Assembly (NCBI GenBank): GCA_031553315.1
Contig: JAVBLT010000007.1
Coordinates: forward strand, 104,576-168,575
Source: Kiritimatiellia bacterium
GTDB taxonomy: Bacteria > Verrucomicrobiota > Kiritimatiellia > RFP12 > DVOR01
Direction of reading: 5' to 3'
DNA: 64,000 nt
The translations under genes and the position numbers were made by a program. Of this stretch, positions 11,566 through 21,200 are shown piece by piece. The first letter of the stretch is position 1; every line of letters begins with the position of its first letter. Under the pieces are notes generated by a model. It searched no databases. It was not told where the DNA came from and saw nothing but the letters and a program-made list of their open reading frames with translations.

Positions 11566-12480
11566 ATGTTCATGTACTTCGTCATCGGCCTCGTCGTTTT
11601 CGCCGCCATCGTGCTGTTCAACGCCATCGTCATCGTCCCCCAGCGCTCGGCCTACATTGTGGAGCACCTCGGCAAATACCAGAAAACCCTCGAAGCGGGC
11701 TTCCACCTGATTATTCCCATGGTCGACCGCATCAGCTACCGCCGATCCCTCAAGGAGGTGGCGATCGACGTGCCCCCGCAGCACTGCATCACGAAGGACA
11801 ACATCACCGTGGATGTCGACGGCATCCTCTACCTTCAGGTCATGGATCCCGTGAAAGCCTCCTACGGCATCGACAATTACCTCTTCGCCTGCGTGCAGCT
11901 CGCCCAGACCACCATGCGCAGCGAAATCGGCAAGCTCGAGCTCGACCGAACCTTCGAAGAACGCGGCGCCATCAACAACGAAATCTGCGACGCGGTCGAC
12001 AAGGCCTCCGACCCTTGGGGCATCAAAATCACCCGCTATGAAATCAAATCCATCACGCCCCCCCGCACGATTCAAGACGCGATGGAAAAGCAAATGCGCG
12101 CCGAGCGCGAAAAACGCGCCATGATCGCCGAATCCGAAGGCGAACGCCAGGCCCGCATCAACCGCGCCGAAGGCGAGAAGCAGGAAGCGATCGCCAAATC
12201 CGAAGGCGAACGCGCCCGCCGCATCAATGAAGCCGACGGCAAGGCGAAGGAAATCACCCTCATCGCCACGGCCACCGCGCAGGGTTTGCACACCATCGCC
12301 GAAGCCATTACCGACAAAGGCGGCCAGGAGGCCGTGAACCTCCGCCTCGCGGAGCAATACATCGGCGAATTCGGCCGCCTCGCCAAAACCGGCAACACCA
12401 TGATCATCCCCAGCGACCTCTCCAACGTGGCGGGGTTCATCAAAGCCGCGAGCTCCGTGCTTGCCGCCCCGACCAAATAA
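11566..12480 (+). CDS. SPFH/band-7 (stomatin-like, QmcA-like) protein
   Basis: N-terminal TM helix, SPFH core (IVPQRSAYIVEHLGKY…TKDNITVDVDGILYLQV), C-terminal coiled-coil EGE-repeats; 304 aa. Confidence 0.85.
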   Translation: MFMYFVIGLVVFAAIVLFNAIVIVPQRSAYIVEHLGKYQKTLEAGFHLIIPMVDRISYRRSLKEVAIDVPPQHCITKDNITVDVDGILYLQVMDPVKASYGIDNYLFACVQLAQTTMRSEIGKLELDRTFEERGAINNEICDAVDKASDPWGIKITRYEIKSITPPRTIQDAMEKQMRAEREKRAMIAESEGERQARINRAEGEKQEAIAKSEGERARRINEADGKAKEITLIATATAQGLHTIAEAITDKGGQEAVNLRLAEQYIGEFGRLAKTGNTMIIPSDLSNVAGFIKAASSVLAAPTK

Positions 12481-12501
12481 TCCGGGTTGAATCATCGACG
12501 C

Positions 12502-12538
12502 AGGCGGCGGAGCATGGCTCCTGCCGCCTTGTTTTTTT
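12502..12538 (+). terminator. rho-independent terminator after SPFH gene
   Basis: GC-rich dyad AGGCGGCGGAGC…GCTCCTGCCGCCT (one bulge) followed by T7 run 12532-12538. Confidence 0.6.
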
Positions 12539-12552
12539 GAAAGGGTAAAAAA

Positions 12553-13020
12553 ATGAAGCTACTTCGCTGGATTGGCTATTCGATTCTTTTCATCATCGGT
12601 TTGTATTATGGCAGCGTGGCGCTCGGCTACATGCTCAACCCCCTCTTCCCCGCCACCTGCACGATTGACCGCGATTTCCGCGAGGTTCAACAAAAAATGG
12701 AAGAAATGGGAAAAGAACCGCAACATGAATTCATGAGAGGGCTGGTCGGTAATCAGACCAAATGGTTCAAGGTTCTGGAGGCTACCCCTGAAAAATCGCT
12801 TCAGGTTGAATTTGAAACGGTCTACAACATCGGCTATGGCTGGGAAACCGTCGGCATTACAATTTCATCCGAAGGCACGGCAAAAACAAATCTGGTCGTG
12901 GACTACTCCGAGTTTGGTTTTTATCCCTTTTTTCCGCCGTTCGCGGGCTACAACCCCGGATTCATCCGCGAGCGGCAATTGCGTAACCGGCTGAAAGAGA
13001 TTCTTTCGAAACGCACATAA
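12553..13020 (+). CDS. hypothetical membrane-anchored protein (lower GC than flanks)
   Basis: ATG with A-rich RBS; N-terminal TM helix; no recognisable family; 155 aa. Confidence 0.4.
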   Translation: MKLLRWIGYSILFIIGLYYGSVALGYMLNPLFPATCTIDRDFREVQQKMEEMGKEPQHEFMRGLVGNQTKWFKVLEATPEKSLQVEFETVYNIGYGWETVGITISSEGTAKTNLVVDYSEFGFYPFFPPFAGYNPGFIRERQLRNRLKEILSKRT

Positions 13021-13049
13021 TTTGCACTTGTTTTAAATGTGCAAATTAT
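13017..13049. promoter_or_regulatory. perfect 11-bp inverted repeat ATAATTTGCAC-N11-GTGCAAATTAT upstream of dinJ (candidate antitoxin operator and/or terminator of upstream gene)
   Basis: Arms 13017-13027 and 13039-13049; followed by tattatag (-10-like) and RBS aaggag at 13071-13076. Confidence 0.45.
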
Positions 13050-13078
13050 CTATTATAGGTGTGTTTTAATAAGGAGTC

Positions 13079-13360
13079 ATGATGTCTGCAACAACCACCA
13101 ATTTGACCATTCGCGTTGAAACCTCGCTGAAAAAGGAAGCGGATATGCTCTTTTCAGATTTGGGGATGAACCTCTCGATCGCTTTCAATATCTTTCTGCG
13201 CCAGGCGCTCCGCGTTCAGGGATTACCCTTTGAAGTGATGCGCGATACGCCCAACAAAGAAACGCTGGCCGCCATGCGTGAAGCCAAACGAATTGCCCGC
13301 GATCCCGATGTGAAAGGCTTCACGGATATGGAGAGCCTTTTGAACGATCTGAACGCATGA
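13079..13360 (+). CDS. dinJ: type II antitoxin, RelB/DinJ family
   Basis: 93 aa, ribbon-helix-helix-like N-terminus (TNLTIRVETSLKKEADMLF), stop overlaps start of toxin gene (ATGA). Confidence 0.7.
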   Translation: MMSATTTNLTIRVETSLKKEADMLFSDLGMNLSIAFNIFLRQALRVQGLPFEVMRDTPNKETLAAMREAKRIARDPDVKGFTDMESLLNDLNA

Positions 13361-13632
13361 CCTACGAAATCAAGCGGACGGGGCTTTTCAAAAAAGATTA
13401 CGAGAAAATGTTTAAACGCGGTGCGAACATGGCGCTCTTGCATGAGGCCATTGACCTGTTGCGACAAGGGTTGCCGCTTCCCGAACGCTTCCGTGACCAC
13501 ACGCTTTCAGGGGATTACGCCGGATACCGCGAATGCCATATCAACCCCGATTGGCTGTTGATTTACTACATTGAGACCGAGGTGCTTGTTTTAACGCTGC
13601 CCCGAACGGGAACCCATAGCGACCTTTTTTAA
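13357..13632 (+). CDS. yafQ: type II toxin, YafQ/RelE family mRNA interferase
   Basis: 91 aa; KKDYEKMFKRG…HTLSGDYAGYRECHINPDWLLIYYI matches YafQ family signature. Confidence 0.75.
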   Translation: MTYEIKRTGLFKKDYEKMFKRGANMALLHEAIDLLRQGLPLPERFRDHTLSGDYAGYRECHINPDWLLIYYIETEVLVLTLPRTGTHSDLF

Positions 13633-13656
13633 TGAATAGCGCCTTTGCATGAAAAT

Positions 13657-15612
13657 TTATTTCATGCTCGGCAGCACGATGCCGCGCATGATCACGCGCT
13701 GGCAGGCGAGGAAGACTGCGGCGGTGGGCACCGAGATCATCACGAAGCCGGCCATGACGACCCAGGGGCGGTCGGAGAATTGCTGGCTCATCTGGTACAT
13801 CCACACGGCGAGCGTCCAGTGCGATTGTTTTTGGCACACCAGAAGCGCCCATTCCCAGCCGCTGTAGGCGGAGATGAAGGCGTTGAGGGCGTTGACGGCG
13901 AGGATGGGAGTGGTCATGGGGAGGGTGATCTTGCGGAAGATCTGCCACTCGCCGGCGCCGTCGATGATGGCGGCTTCGTAGAGCTCGCGGGGGAGACCGT
14001 CGAAAAAGCCTTTGAGGATGAAGATGGAGAGGCCGTTGGCCACGGTGGGCAGCACGAGGGCGGCGAAGGTGTTGAGCAACCCGAGCTGACGGATTAAAAT
14101 GAAGCCGGGAATGGCGGTGACGGCCGCAGGGAAGGCCATGGTGGCCAGAAGGAAGAGGAGGATGCTCTCGGTGCGCCGCAGGCGGAAGCGCGAAAGGGCG
14201 TAGGCGGCGAGGGGGTTGACGGTGAGGGTGGCGCAGATGGTGAGGATCACGAGGATGAGGGTGTTGGTGAAGGCGCGGCCGCGAAGGAAGAGGTAATCGC
14301 AGACGTTGCGGTAATTGGCGGTCATGTCGGAGGCGAGCATTCGCAGGCCGCAGTTGGCGTAGGTCACGGCAAAGGCTTCGGCAAAGGGAAAGCGCGCCTG
14401 CTCAAAGGATGCAAGCTGCCAGCCGTAGGCTTCATTGAGCCCGGCAATGCTGTAGCGGGCGCGGAGGAAGGCCTGCCAATCGGCCTCGGGGGAATGGGGG
14501 GTGAGGGCGGCGAGAGGCACGCGGGAAACAAAGCCGCGCTCAAGGGCGGTGGCGGGGCGGGCGCTCAATGGAATCGCTTCAAGCGCGGCGGGAGCGGGGT
14601 CTCCGGTGAGGGCGGCGTAGTTTTCGGGGGTGCGGCAGGTTTCATGGAGGTATTCATGCCATGCCCGGGTCAGCCCGGGGGTGACGCTCAGGGTGAGGAG
14701 CCGCTTCGGCCAGGCGGTTTGCACGAAGGCGCCCCAGTGGGGCGAATCGGGCGCGGGAAAATGGGCGGGGGCGGGGCCGAGGCCGTTTTTCTTGAGGTAG
14801 GTTTCCCAGAGGGGGCGGATGAGGAAGGGGCGGGTGCGGGTGTAGGGGGCGTACCCGGAAACAAATTCGACAAAGCGCCCCCATTCGGCGCTTTCGGGGG
14901 GCACGGGCCATGTGGCGGAACCGCTCTCTTTTTTCCAGGCGCGCTCGGCGCCGGGATGGAAGGCGAGGTTGCGGTAGGCGGTTTTGAAGGCCTGATAGAG
15001 GTCGCTTTTGGGGTCGCCCTGGGGCCAGTCCCAATCGGGGTGGTGCATGGGCATGCGTTGCTGGGCGCGCATGCGGATGCCGAAGAAGGAGCTGTAGCGG
15101 ATCTTCCAGGCGACGTTGAGGCGGTCGAGGGTTCCAAAGGCGCGCTGGACGAAGGGCCCCACGTCGCGCTCATCGAAGAGGCAGATGGAGTTGCTCACGC
15201 TGTAGGTGGCGTTGAAGGCGGCGTAATCGGCGGCCATGCGCTGCCAGCGGGCGCGGGTGGAGGGATCGCGCAGACCCTCGAGCCAGGGTCGGGCGAAAGC
15301 GTCGATACCGGCGGTATCGCGCGCGACCACGGTCCAGCTGCCCCAATGGGCGGGGGCGGCGGGGTAGACTTCGCGGGGAAACATCGGGTGCACGGAGGCC
15401 ATCACGCGCATAAACCGGTCTTCGCCGTTGAAGAGGGAGCGGAGCACGGGAGAGTAGCGGTGATAATCGAAGCGGTTGGTGAGCGAACCGGTGAACATCA
15501 TGAGGAAGGGCCAGATCATGGTGAAGGCGCCGAGGGTGAGCACGGCGTAGACGAGCGCGATGATGAACCGCGCTTTGAATGATTTTCGCTCGATGGGAAG
15601 GATGACGGGCAT
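13657..15612 (-). CDS. ABC transporter permease (CUT1 MalG-like core) with about 380-aa periplasmic insertion after TM1
   Basis: C-terminal EAAIIDGAGEWQIFRKITLPMTTPIL EAA-loop signature; 651 aa; stop abuts upstream gene start (3-nt gap). Confidence 0.75.
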   Translation of the reverse strand: MPVILPIERKSFKARFIIALVYAVLTLGAFTMIWPFLMMFTGSLTNRFDYHRYSPVLRSLFNGEDRFMRVMASVHPMFPREVYPAAPAHWGSWTVVARDTAGIDAFARPWLEGLRDPSTRARWQRMAADYAAFNATYSVSNSICLFDERDVGPFVQRAFGTLDRLNVAWKIRYSSFFGIRMRAQQRMPMHHPDWDWPQGDPKSDLYQAFKTAYRNLAFHPGAERAWKKESGSATWPVPPESAEWGRFVEFVSGYAPYTRTRPFLIRPLWETYLKKNGLGPAPAHFPAPDSPHWGAFVQTAWPKRLLTLSVTPGLTRAWHEYLHETCRTPENYAALTGDPAPAALEAIPLSARPATALERGFVSRVPLAALTPHSPEADWQAFLRARYSIAGLNEAYGWQLASFEQARFPFAEAFAVTYANCGLRMLASDMTANYRNVCDYLFLRGRAFTNTLILVILTICATLTVNPLAAYALSRFRLRRTESILLFLLATMAFPAAVTAIPGFILIRQLGLLNTFAALVLPTVANGLSIFILKGFFDGLPRELYEAAIIDGAGEWQIFRKITLPMTTPILAVNALNAFISAYSGWEWALLVCQKQSHWTLAVWMYQMSQQFSDRPWVVMAGFVMISVPTAAVFLACQRVIMRGIVLPSMK

Positions 15613-15615
15613 GGC

Positions 15616-18126
15616 TTAATTCGTGTCGGCGCGGCGGAATTCGACCTTGCGCAGAATGCGGAATTGCAGGTAGGTGAAGCCGATGAGACCCACGCCGAGA
15701 AACCAGGCCATGGTGGTGGCGGTGCCCAGGCGCAGGTTGTTGTAGGCTTCTTTCCAAATGGCGAGGCTGAGGACGTTGGTGGCGTCGCCGGGGCCGCCGA
15801 AGGTGAGCAGGAAGATGGAGCCGATGCTCTGGAAGGCGGCGATGAAGGCGCCCACGAAGTTGATGACCATGAGGGGGAGGAGCTGGGGGAAGAGAATGTG
15901 GCGGATGCGGCTGCGGAACCCCGCGCCGTCGATGGCGGCGGCTTCGAAATAATCGGGCGGGAGCCCCTGGAGCGCGGCGATGTAGATGAGGCTCGAGATG
16001 CCCGCGCCCGCCCACACGCCCGGCAGCACGCAGCAGAACATGGCAAGGGCCGGATCCTGGAGCCAGGCCTGCGGGGCGAAACCGAAGAGGGCGAGGAGGC
16101 GGTTGAGCATACCGTTTTCGGTCGGGTCGTACATCATCTGCCACAGGAGGGTGACCACGAGGGTCGAGGTGAGGTGCGGCAGGAAGTAGATCATGCGGAA
16201 GAAGACCTTTCCGCGCGGGATTTCGGTGAGGAGCACGGCGAGGATAATCGGCGCGGTGAAACCGAAGAAGAGCGTGAGGCCCACGTATTTGAAGGTGCGC
16301 AGCGCGGCGGCCTGAAAGCCGGGATCCGTCGCCACGGTGATGAAGTTGTCGAGGCCGACCCAGGGGCTTTCGCCGACGATGCGGTAGTTGCGGAAGGCCA
16401 TCGCCACGCCTTGGAAGAGGGGGTAGTAGCTCCACAGCACAATCGAAAGAATCGCGGGGGCAAGCATCCACGCGGCATGGAAACGGCTCCGGCTCTCCAT
16501 GCCGCCGGCCTCCGGGGGCGCGGGCTTCTTTTTGCGCACGGTCAGCGCGGTGAGCCACGCAATCAGCGCGATCACGCCGCCGATCAGGGCGCGGGCGATG
16601 GGGCGGTAACGGTCGAGCTCGGCTTCGGGCACGGCGAACATGAGGCCGCGGTTGGCGTCGGCATTGATGCGGCGGAGGGCTTCGGCGGTATCGAAATCGC
16701 GCCCGGCTTCGGAGAGGACGATGCCGATGAGCCGGCGCTGGATGAGGTCGCTGACGCCTTGCCAGAAGCCGACGAAGGGCTCGGTTTTGGCTTCGATGGC
16801 GCCGGTGGCGAGGTCGTCGTAAAGGGCGCGGATCGTGGGGGGGATTTCGTCGAGATAAGCCTCGAGGCCGAGGCGTTTGAGGTCGGCGGGGTTGCACCAG
16901 CGGGCGTTGCCTTCGAGGACTTTTTCGCGGATGGCGGCATCGTTGAGGCTGGGGCTGGCGAGCTGCTCCACGCAGGCGAAGACGAGATCCTGCTCCTCTT
17001 TGGGGCGCCGCGCCACGCCTTCGCTGATGCCCCAGAAGTGTTTGTGCGCCTGGAGGAAGCGCGGCATGCCGGGCTTGAAGGCGGGAAAGGGCATGATGCC
17101 GATGAGGTCGGGGTCGAGGTTGGAGTTGGCGGTGATGCGCTCCATGACCTCGGTGCCGGCAAACATGGCGACCACTTCGCCGAGGACGAAGCGCTCGGTG
17201 TCGTTGAGCGGAAGCTGCCGGGCCACGCCGTAGATGACGCCGCCGGAAGGCGGGGTGTCGGGCGGGAGGTCGACGGGTTCCCCCGTTTCGGGATCCACTT
17301 TCCAGGGAGCCCAGGCGAGGCGCTGGAGGAACCGCGCGGCTTCGCCGGCGCCTTCGGAGTCGAAATTGGCGCGCCAGGTTCCGGGCGCGGCCGAGAGGTC
17401 TTCACCGGATTCGGTGACAACGAAACGCGTTTCCTCCATTGGAAACAGATGTTTTTTACCCGTTTTCGGTGATATTTTTTCCTGCACCACGGGCGATGCG
17501 CCGGCGGATTGCATCCAGGGGAGCCAGTTCCACGGCGCCACGGAGATGCCGAAGGCGCGCTGGCCTTTGTGCTGGCTGCCGGGCACGGCCATGTGGGGGC
17601 GGGTGAGCTTTTGGCACCAGCGGTAGAATTCATCCCAGGTCTGCGGGAGCGCTTCGGGGTCGAGGCCGGCGTTGCGCACAAGATCTTTGCGGTAGATGAT
17701 GCCGTAGTAGGCGATGGAGGACGAGGGGAGGCCGTAGACCTTGCCGTCTTGGGTGGCCACGCGGCGCCAGAGCTCGGGCACGGCATCCCAGCCGGACCAA
17801 TTTTCAAGCCAGGGGTCGAGAGGGAGGAGGAAACCGTTCTCAATGTCGTTGCGGATGATGTGGAACCAGCAGGTGTAGATGTCGGGGGCGTTTCCGCCGG
17901 CCATCGCGAGGAGGAGCGGGGCGCGGCCTCCGGCGCCGGGAAGGGTCAGCCCGCCCCATTTCACGGGGTAGAGCTCGGGCCGCTGCTCCGTGAAGGCAAG
18001 AATGCGCCGGGTGACGGCCCCCTCGGGGGAATCGGGATCATAGCCGCCCAGAAACGACACTTCAACAGGCCGCGCCGAAAGCAGGAGCGGAACGAGAAGC
18101 GCGGATAGAAAAAAACGGTGAAACAT
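15616..18126 (-). CDS. fusion protein: family-1 extracellular solute-binding domain (aa 1 to about 500) + MalF-like ABC permease domain (about aa 520-836)
   Basis: Signal peptide, SBP1-like AMAGGNAPDIY motif, linker TM (ALIGGVIALIAWLTALTV) then permease with EAAAIDGAGFRSRIRHILFP EAA-loop; 836 aa. Confidence 0.7.
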   Translation of the reverse strand: MFHRFFLSALLVPLLLSARPVEVSFLGGYDPDSPEGAVTRRILAFTEQRPELYPVKWGGLTLPGAGGRAPLLLAMAGGNAPDIYTCWFHIIRNDIENGFLLPLDPWLENWSGWDAVPELWRRVATQDGKVYGLPSSSIAYYGIIYRKDLVRNAGLDPEALPQTWDEFYRWCQKLTRPHMAVPGSQHKGQRAFGISVAPWNWLPWMQSAGASPVVQEKISPKTGKKHLFPMEETRFVVTESGEDLSAAPGTWRANFDSEGAGEAARFLQRLAWAPWKVDPETGEPVDLPPDTPPSGGVIYGVARQLPLNDTERFVLGEVVAMFAGTEVMERITANSNLDPDLIGIMPFPAFKPGMPRFLQAHKHFWGISEGVARRPKEEQDLVFACVEQLASPSLNDAAIREKVLEGNARWCNPADLKRLGLEAYLDEIPPTIRALYDDLATGAIEAKTEPFVGFWQGVSDLIQRRLIGIVLSEAGRDFDTAEALRRINADANRGLMFAVPEAELDRYRPIARALIGGVIALIAWLTALTVRKKKPAPPEAGGMESRSRFHAAWMLAPAILSIVLWSYYPLFQGVAMAFRNYRIVGESPWVGLDNFITVATDPGFQAAALRTFKYVGLTLFFGFTAPIILAVLLTEIPRGKVFFRMIYFLPHLTSTLVVTLLWQMMYDPTENGMLNRLLALFGFAPQAWLQDPALAMFCCVLPGVWAGAGISSLIYIAALQGLPPDYFEAAAIDGAGFRSRIRHILFPQLLPLMVINFVGAFIAAFQSIGSIFLLTFGGPGDATNVLSLAIWKEAYNNLRLGTATTMAWFLGVGLIGFTYLQFRILRKVEFRRADTN

Positions 18127-18231
18127 GGGCGGTATGGTAACACAGCGGAGGGGGCGGGGTCAATGGCGGGAACCGCCAACACCCGGCGATAAAAAAAGAG
18201 GCGCTCCTTTCGGGGCGCCTCTTTCGCGGGA

Positions 18232-21200
18232 TCAGGTGAAATCCGGCTCGACCACAACCGGGCGGACGATTCTCGGCTGGAAGGCCTTGACCGCCGGATC
18301 CGTTTGCGGGATCAGGGCCTGGCCGGCGCCGACCCAGGCGCCGCCGTCGGGAAGCTGGATGACGACGCCGCGATAGTTCACCATCACGGTGCGCAGCAGG
18401 GTGGTGTTGCGCGGGCCGGGCACTTCGGCATAGCCCCGGAAGGCGCCGCTGAAGAGGCCGTTGGCGAGGGTCACGCCCCAGGTGAGGCGGGCGGAGTTCT
18501 CGGCGGAGAAGTCGTAGCTGCCGTCGGGAAGCTTCACGGGGGAGGTGGATCTGGGGGCCACGAGGGCTGTACCGCGGGCATTGGGGGCGAGGAGGGTGCC
18601 GGCCTCGATGGAATCGAACCGCAGGTCGGTCAACGATTCGGTGGCGCGGGCTTCGAACCACGGAATGCTGTCGAGATAAGCGCCGAAGCGGTGTTCTTCA
18701 ACCACGGTCGCTTCGCGGCGGTAGGTGTAACCGATGGCCGCGAAGGCGGTGAGGGGGGTGCCGTTTTTCTCCCAGTGGAAGGGCCAGTCGTGATACGTGG
18801 TCACGCGGATGGCGCCGGCATCGCTTTCGGGCTCGGGGCTGAACCAGAGGAGGCCGCCGACGGAACCCTTCACGCTCATGGCGCGGTTGGCGATGCCGGA
18901 AGCGACTTTGGCGCTGAAGACCTTGAGGATGGGGGCTCCGGCCAGGAGACCTTCTTCCGTGTAGAGCTGAAGGGTATCGGCGCCGCTGAAGGTGGTGCCG
19001 TCGGGCAGGGCGCCGGAGTAGCGCATCGATCCGGCGGCGCTCACGGTGAGGGTGAGGTAACCGGAGGCGTACGAGCGGCGGCGGCCCAGGGGGGCGTCGT
19101 CATCCACGAAGGCGGCGGTGTAGGTGCCTTTGAGGCGGTTGAGGGCATCCATGGCCACGAAGTCGGACTTGTCTTTGAAACGGTTGCGGGAGCCGTCGAT
19201 TTCGAATTCCTCGCCGTCGGGCGACAGGGCGGTACCCCAGATGCGGCCGGAGCGGACGGCGATTTCGAGTGCCCAGCCGGTGCGGGAGGCGAAGGCGGCC
19301 CAGGGGGTGCCGTCGTCGTCAACCAGGCTCCAGGTTTTGGCGACGGGGAAGGTGATGCGGCCCGCGGGGGTGCCGAGCACGGCGGAGATTGAACCGCCGG
19401 TCGACACAGTCACCGTGAGGGTGGCGCCCACCTTCCAGTATTCGTCGGTTTCGCCGGTGGCTTCCACATAGGTGTGGATGAAGCCGTTGTAGATGCCGGC
19501 GGCAGACCAGGCGGGAGCCTCGGCGGGATCGTCGAAGGGCTTGGTGTATTCGCGCCACTGGGCGTAGTAACGGGTATCGGTCGCGCCGGCGAGGGCGGTT
19601 TCTTCAATCAAGTCGCCCGCCGGGGAGGCGCTCCAGCCGAGGAAGCGGAAGCCTTTGACCGGTTCGGGCGTGCCGAGCTGGTCGTAGAGCGAAACGCCGG
19701 TGACGAGGTTGTTGGTCACGCTGGTGACGACGCCTTCTTCGTTGGTCACGGTGTAAACGCCCCGCACAAGGTAGCTCGCTTCGAGCGTTATGGGCGAAAC
19801 GTCTAGCCCGGCCCAGGCGAAGGTGGCGTTGGTCACGGCAAACACACCGTTGGTCACGAAGCCTGTGAAGGGGCGCCCGGCGGCGTTGACGAGGTTGGTC
19901 GCGGTGAAGGTCTTTTCGGTGCCGTAGGGCAGGATAAAGGCGCCGGCGGGGTCGATCGCCCCGGTCGAGCTGATCTGCACGAAGGCGCCTTCGGCCGCGC
20001 CCATGTCGATGGAATCGCCCGCAAGGCGGGGGTTGCCGTAGAGGTCGATCCCGGTCACGGTCAGGCCGTTGGTGGTGCCTGCGTCGATGCAAGGCGAGCC
20101 GGGGAGGAGGCGGCAATCGCCGGTTACGGCGTTGATGAAAGCCGGTTCGGAGGCGATGTTGCCCTCGCCGGCGGCTCCGCCTTCAATGCAGGAGTAGGCG
20201 GCGGTTCCGCCGGAAACTTGCGTGATACCGCTGTTGCCCCAGACAATGGCGTTGAGCAGGGTGCACCCGTCGACGGCGGCTGCGTCGGCGCCCAGGTTTC
20301 CGAGCACCGTGCAGTTGGTCAGCAGGCTGTTTTTGACGGCGCAGGCGCCGGCGGTGGCGCTGTTTTGGAAAACCGCGCAGTTGGTCAGGCTGCTTTCCAA
20401 TGCGCCGCTGACGTCGGCGGCGGTGTTGTTCACGAGGCGGCAATTGATCAGCGTGCCGCCGAGCGCACCCCCGGCCAGGCCTGCCACGCCGCTGCCGTTG
20501 GGGGAGCCGTAGCGCAGGGTGAAGCCGATGAGTGCGGTGGCCTGATACGAGGTGCCGTTGGCCTCAAGGTCGGCATACTGGTCGTCGCTCATGAGCGACG
20601 CCGCGCGACCGCCGACGGCGCCTTGGATAAAGGTTTTTCCCGCGCCTTCCACGCTCTCAACGGTGATGGCCTTGTTGGCGGTGGCGATGAGGAAGTAGGT
20701 CCCGTTGGTGACGGTGACGGTATCGCCCTCCTCGGCGAGGTCGATGGCGGCCTGAATGGTTTTCTTGGCGGCGGCCCAGGTGAGGCCGTTGCCGGAATCA
20801 TCGGCGCTGGCGGCGTTCACGTACCACGTGGCGGGGGCCACGCTGAAGGCGCCCATGTTGATGACTCCGCCGGTGAAGAGTGTTTTGCCGTTCATATCGA
20901 GCAGAGGTTCGGCGGAGGCGGGGTCGCCGGCGCCGCGGCAGGGGGAATAGGGGGTGAGAAGGTAGTTGCCGGCGGCGGCATCGGCGAAAACGGGGTCAAC
21001 GAGGATGTTGCCCACGGGGGTTCGGCCGGAACCCTTGAGATCGGTGAGGGTGGTGCGGTAGCTGTTGGTGTTCACGCAGGAGTAGGCCACATCGCACAGG
21101 TTGATGTCGTTTTTGCCGTTGGCCTCGGAATGCGAAATGTTACCCCACACCACGGAATTGGTCACGGCGCACAGGCTCAGGCCGCCCGCCATTTCGTAGG

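Noticed and set aside
13647-13667. AT-rich 8-bp dyad GCATGAAA-N5-TTTCATGC between the convergent yafQ and permease genes, as a possible bidirectional terminator
   Set aside because: The stem is short and A/T-rich and overlaps the permease stop codon, with no flanking U-tract. It is too weak to call a terminator with confidence.
15170-16897. 575-aa minus-strand ORF in a second frame within the SBP-permease gene
   Set aside because: An RP-rich shadow. The frame at 15616-18126 carries the SBP and EAA-loop permease signatures.
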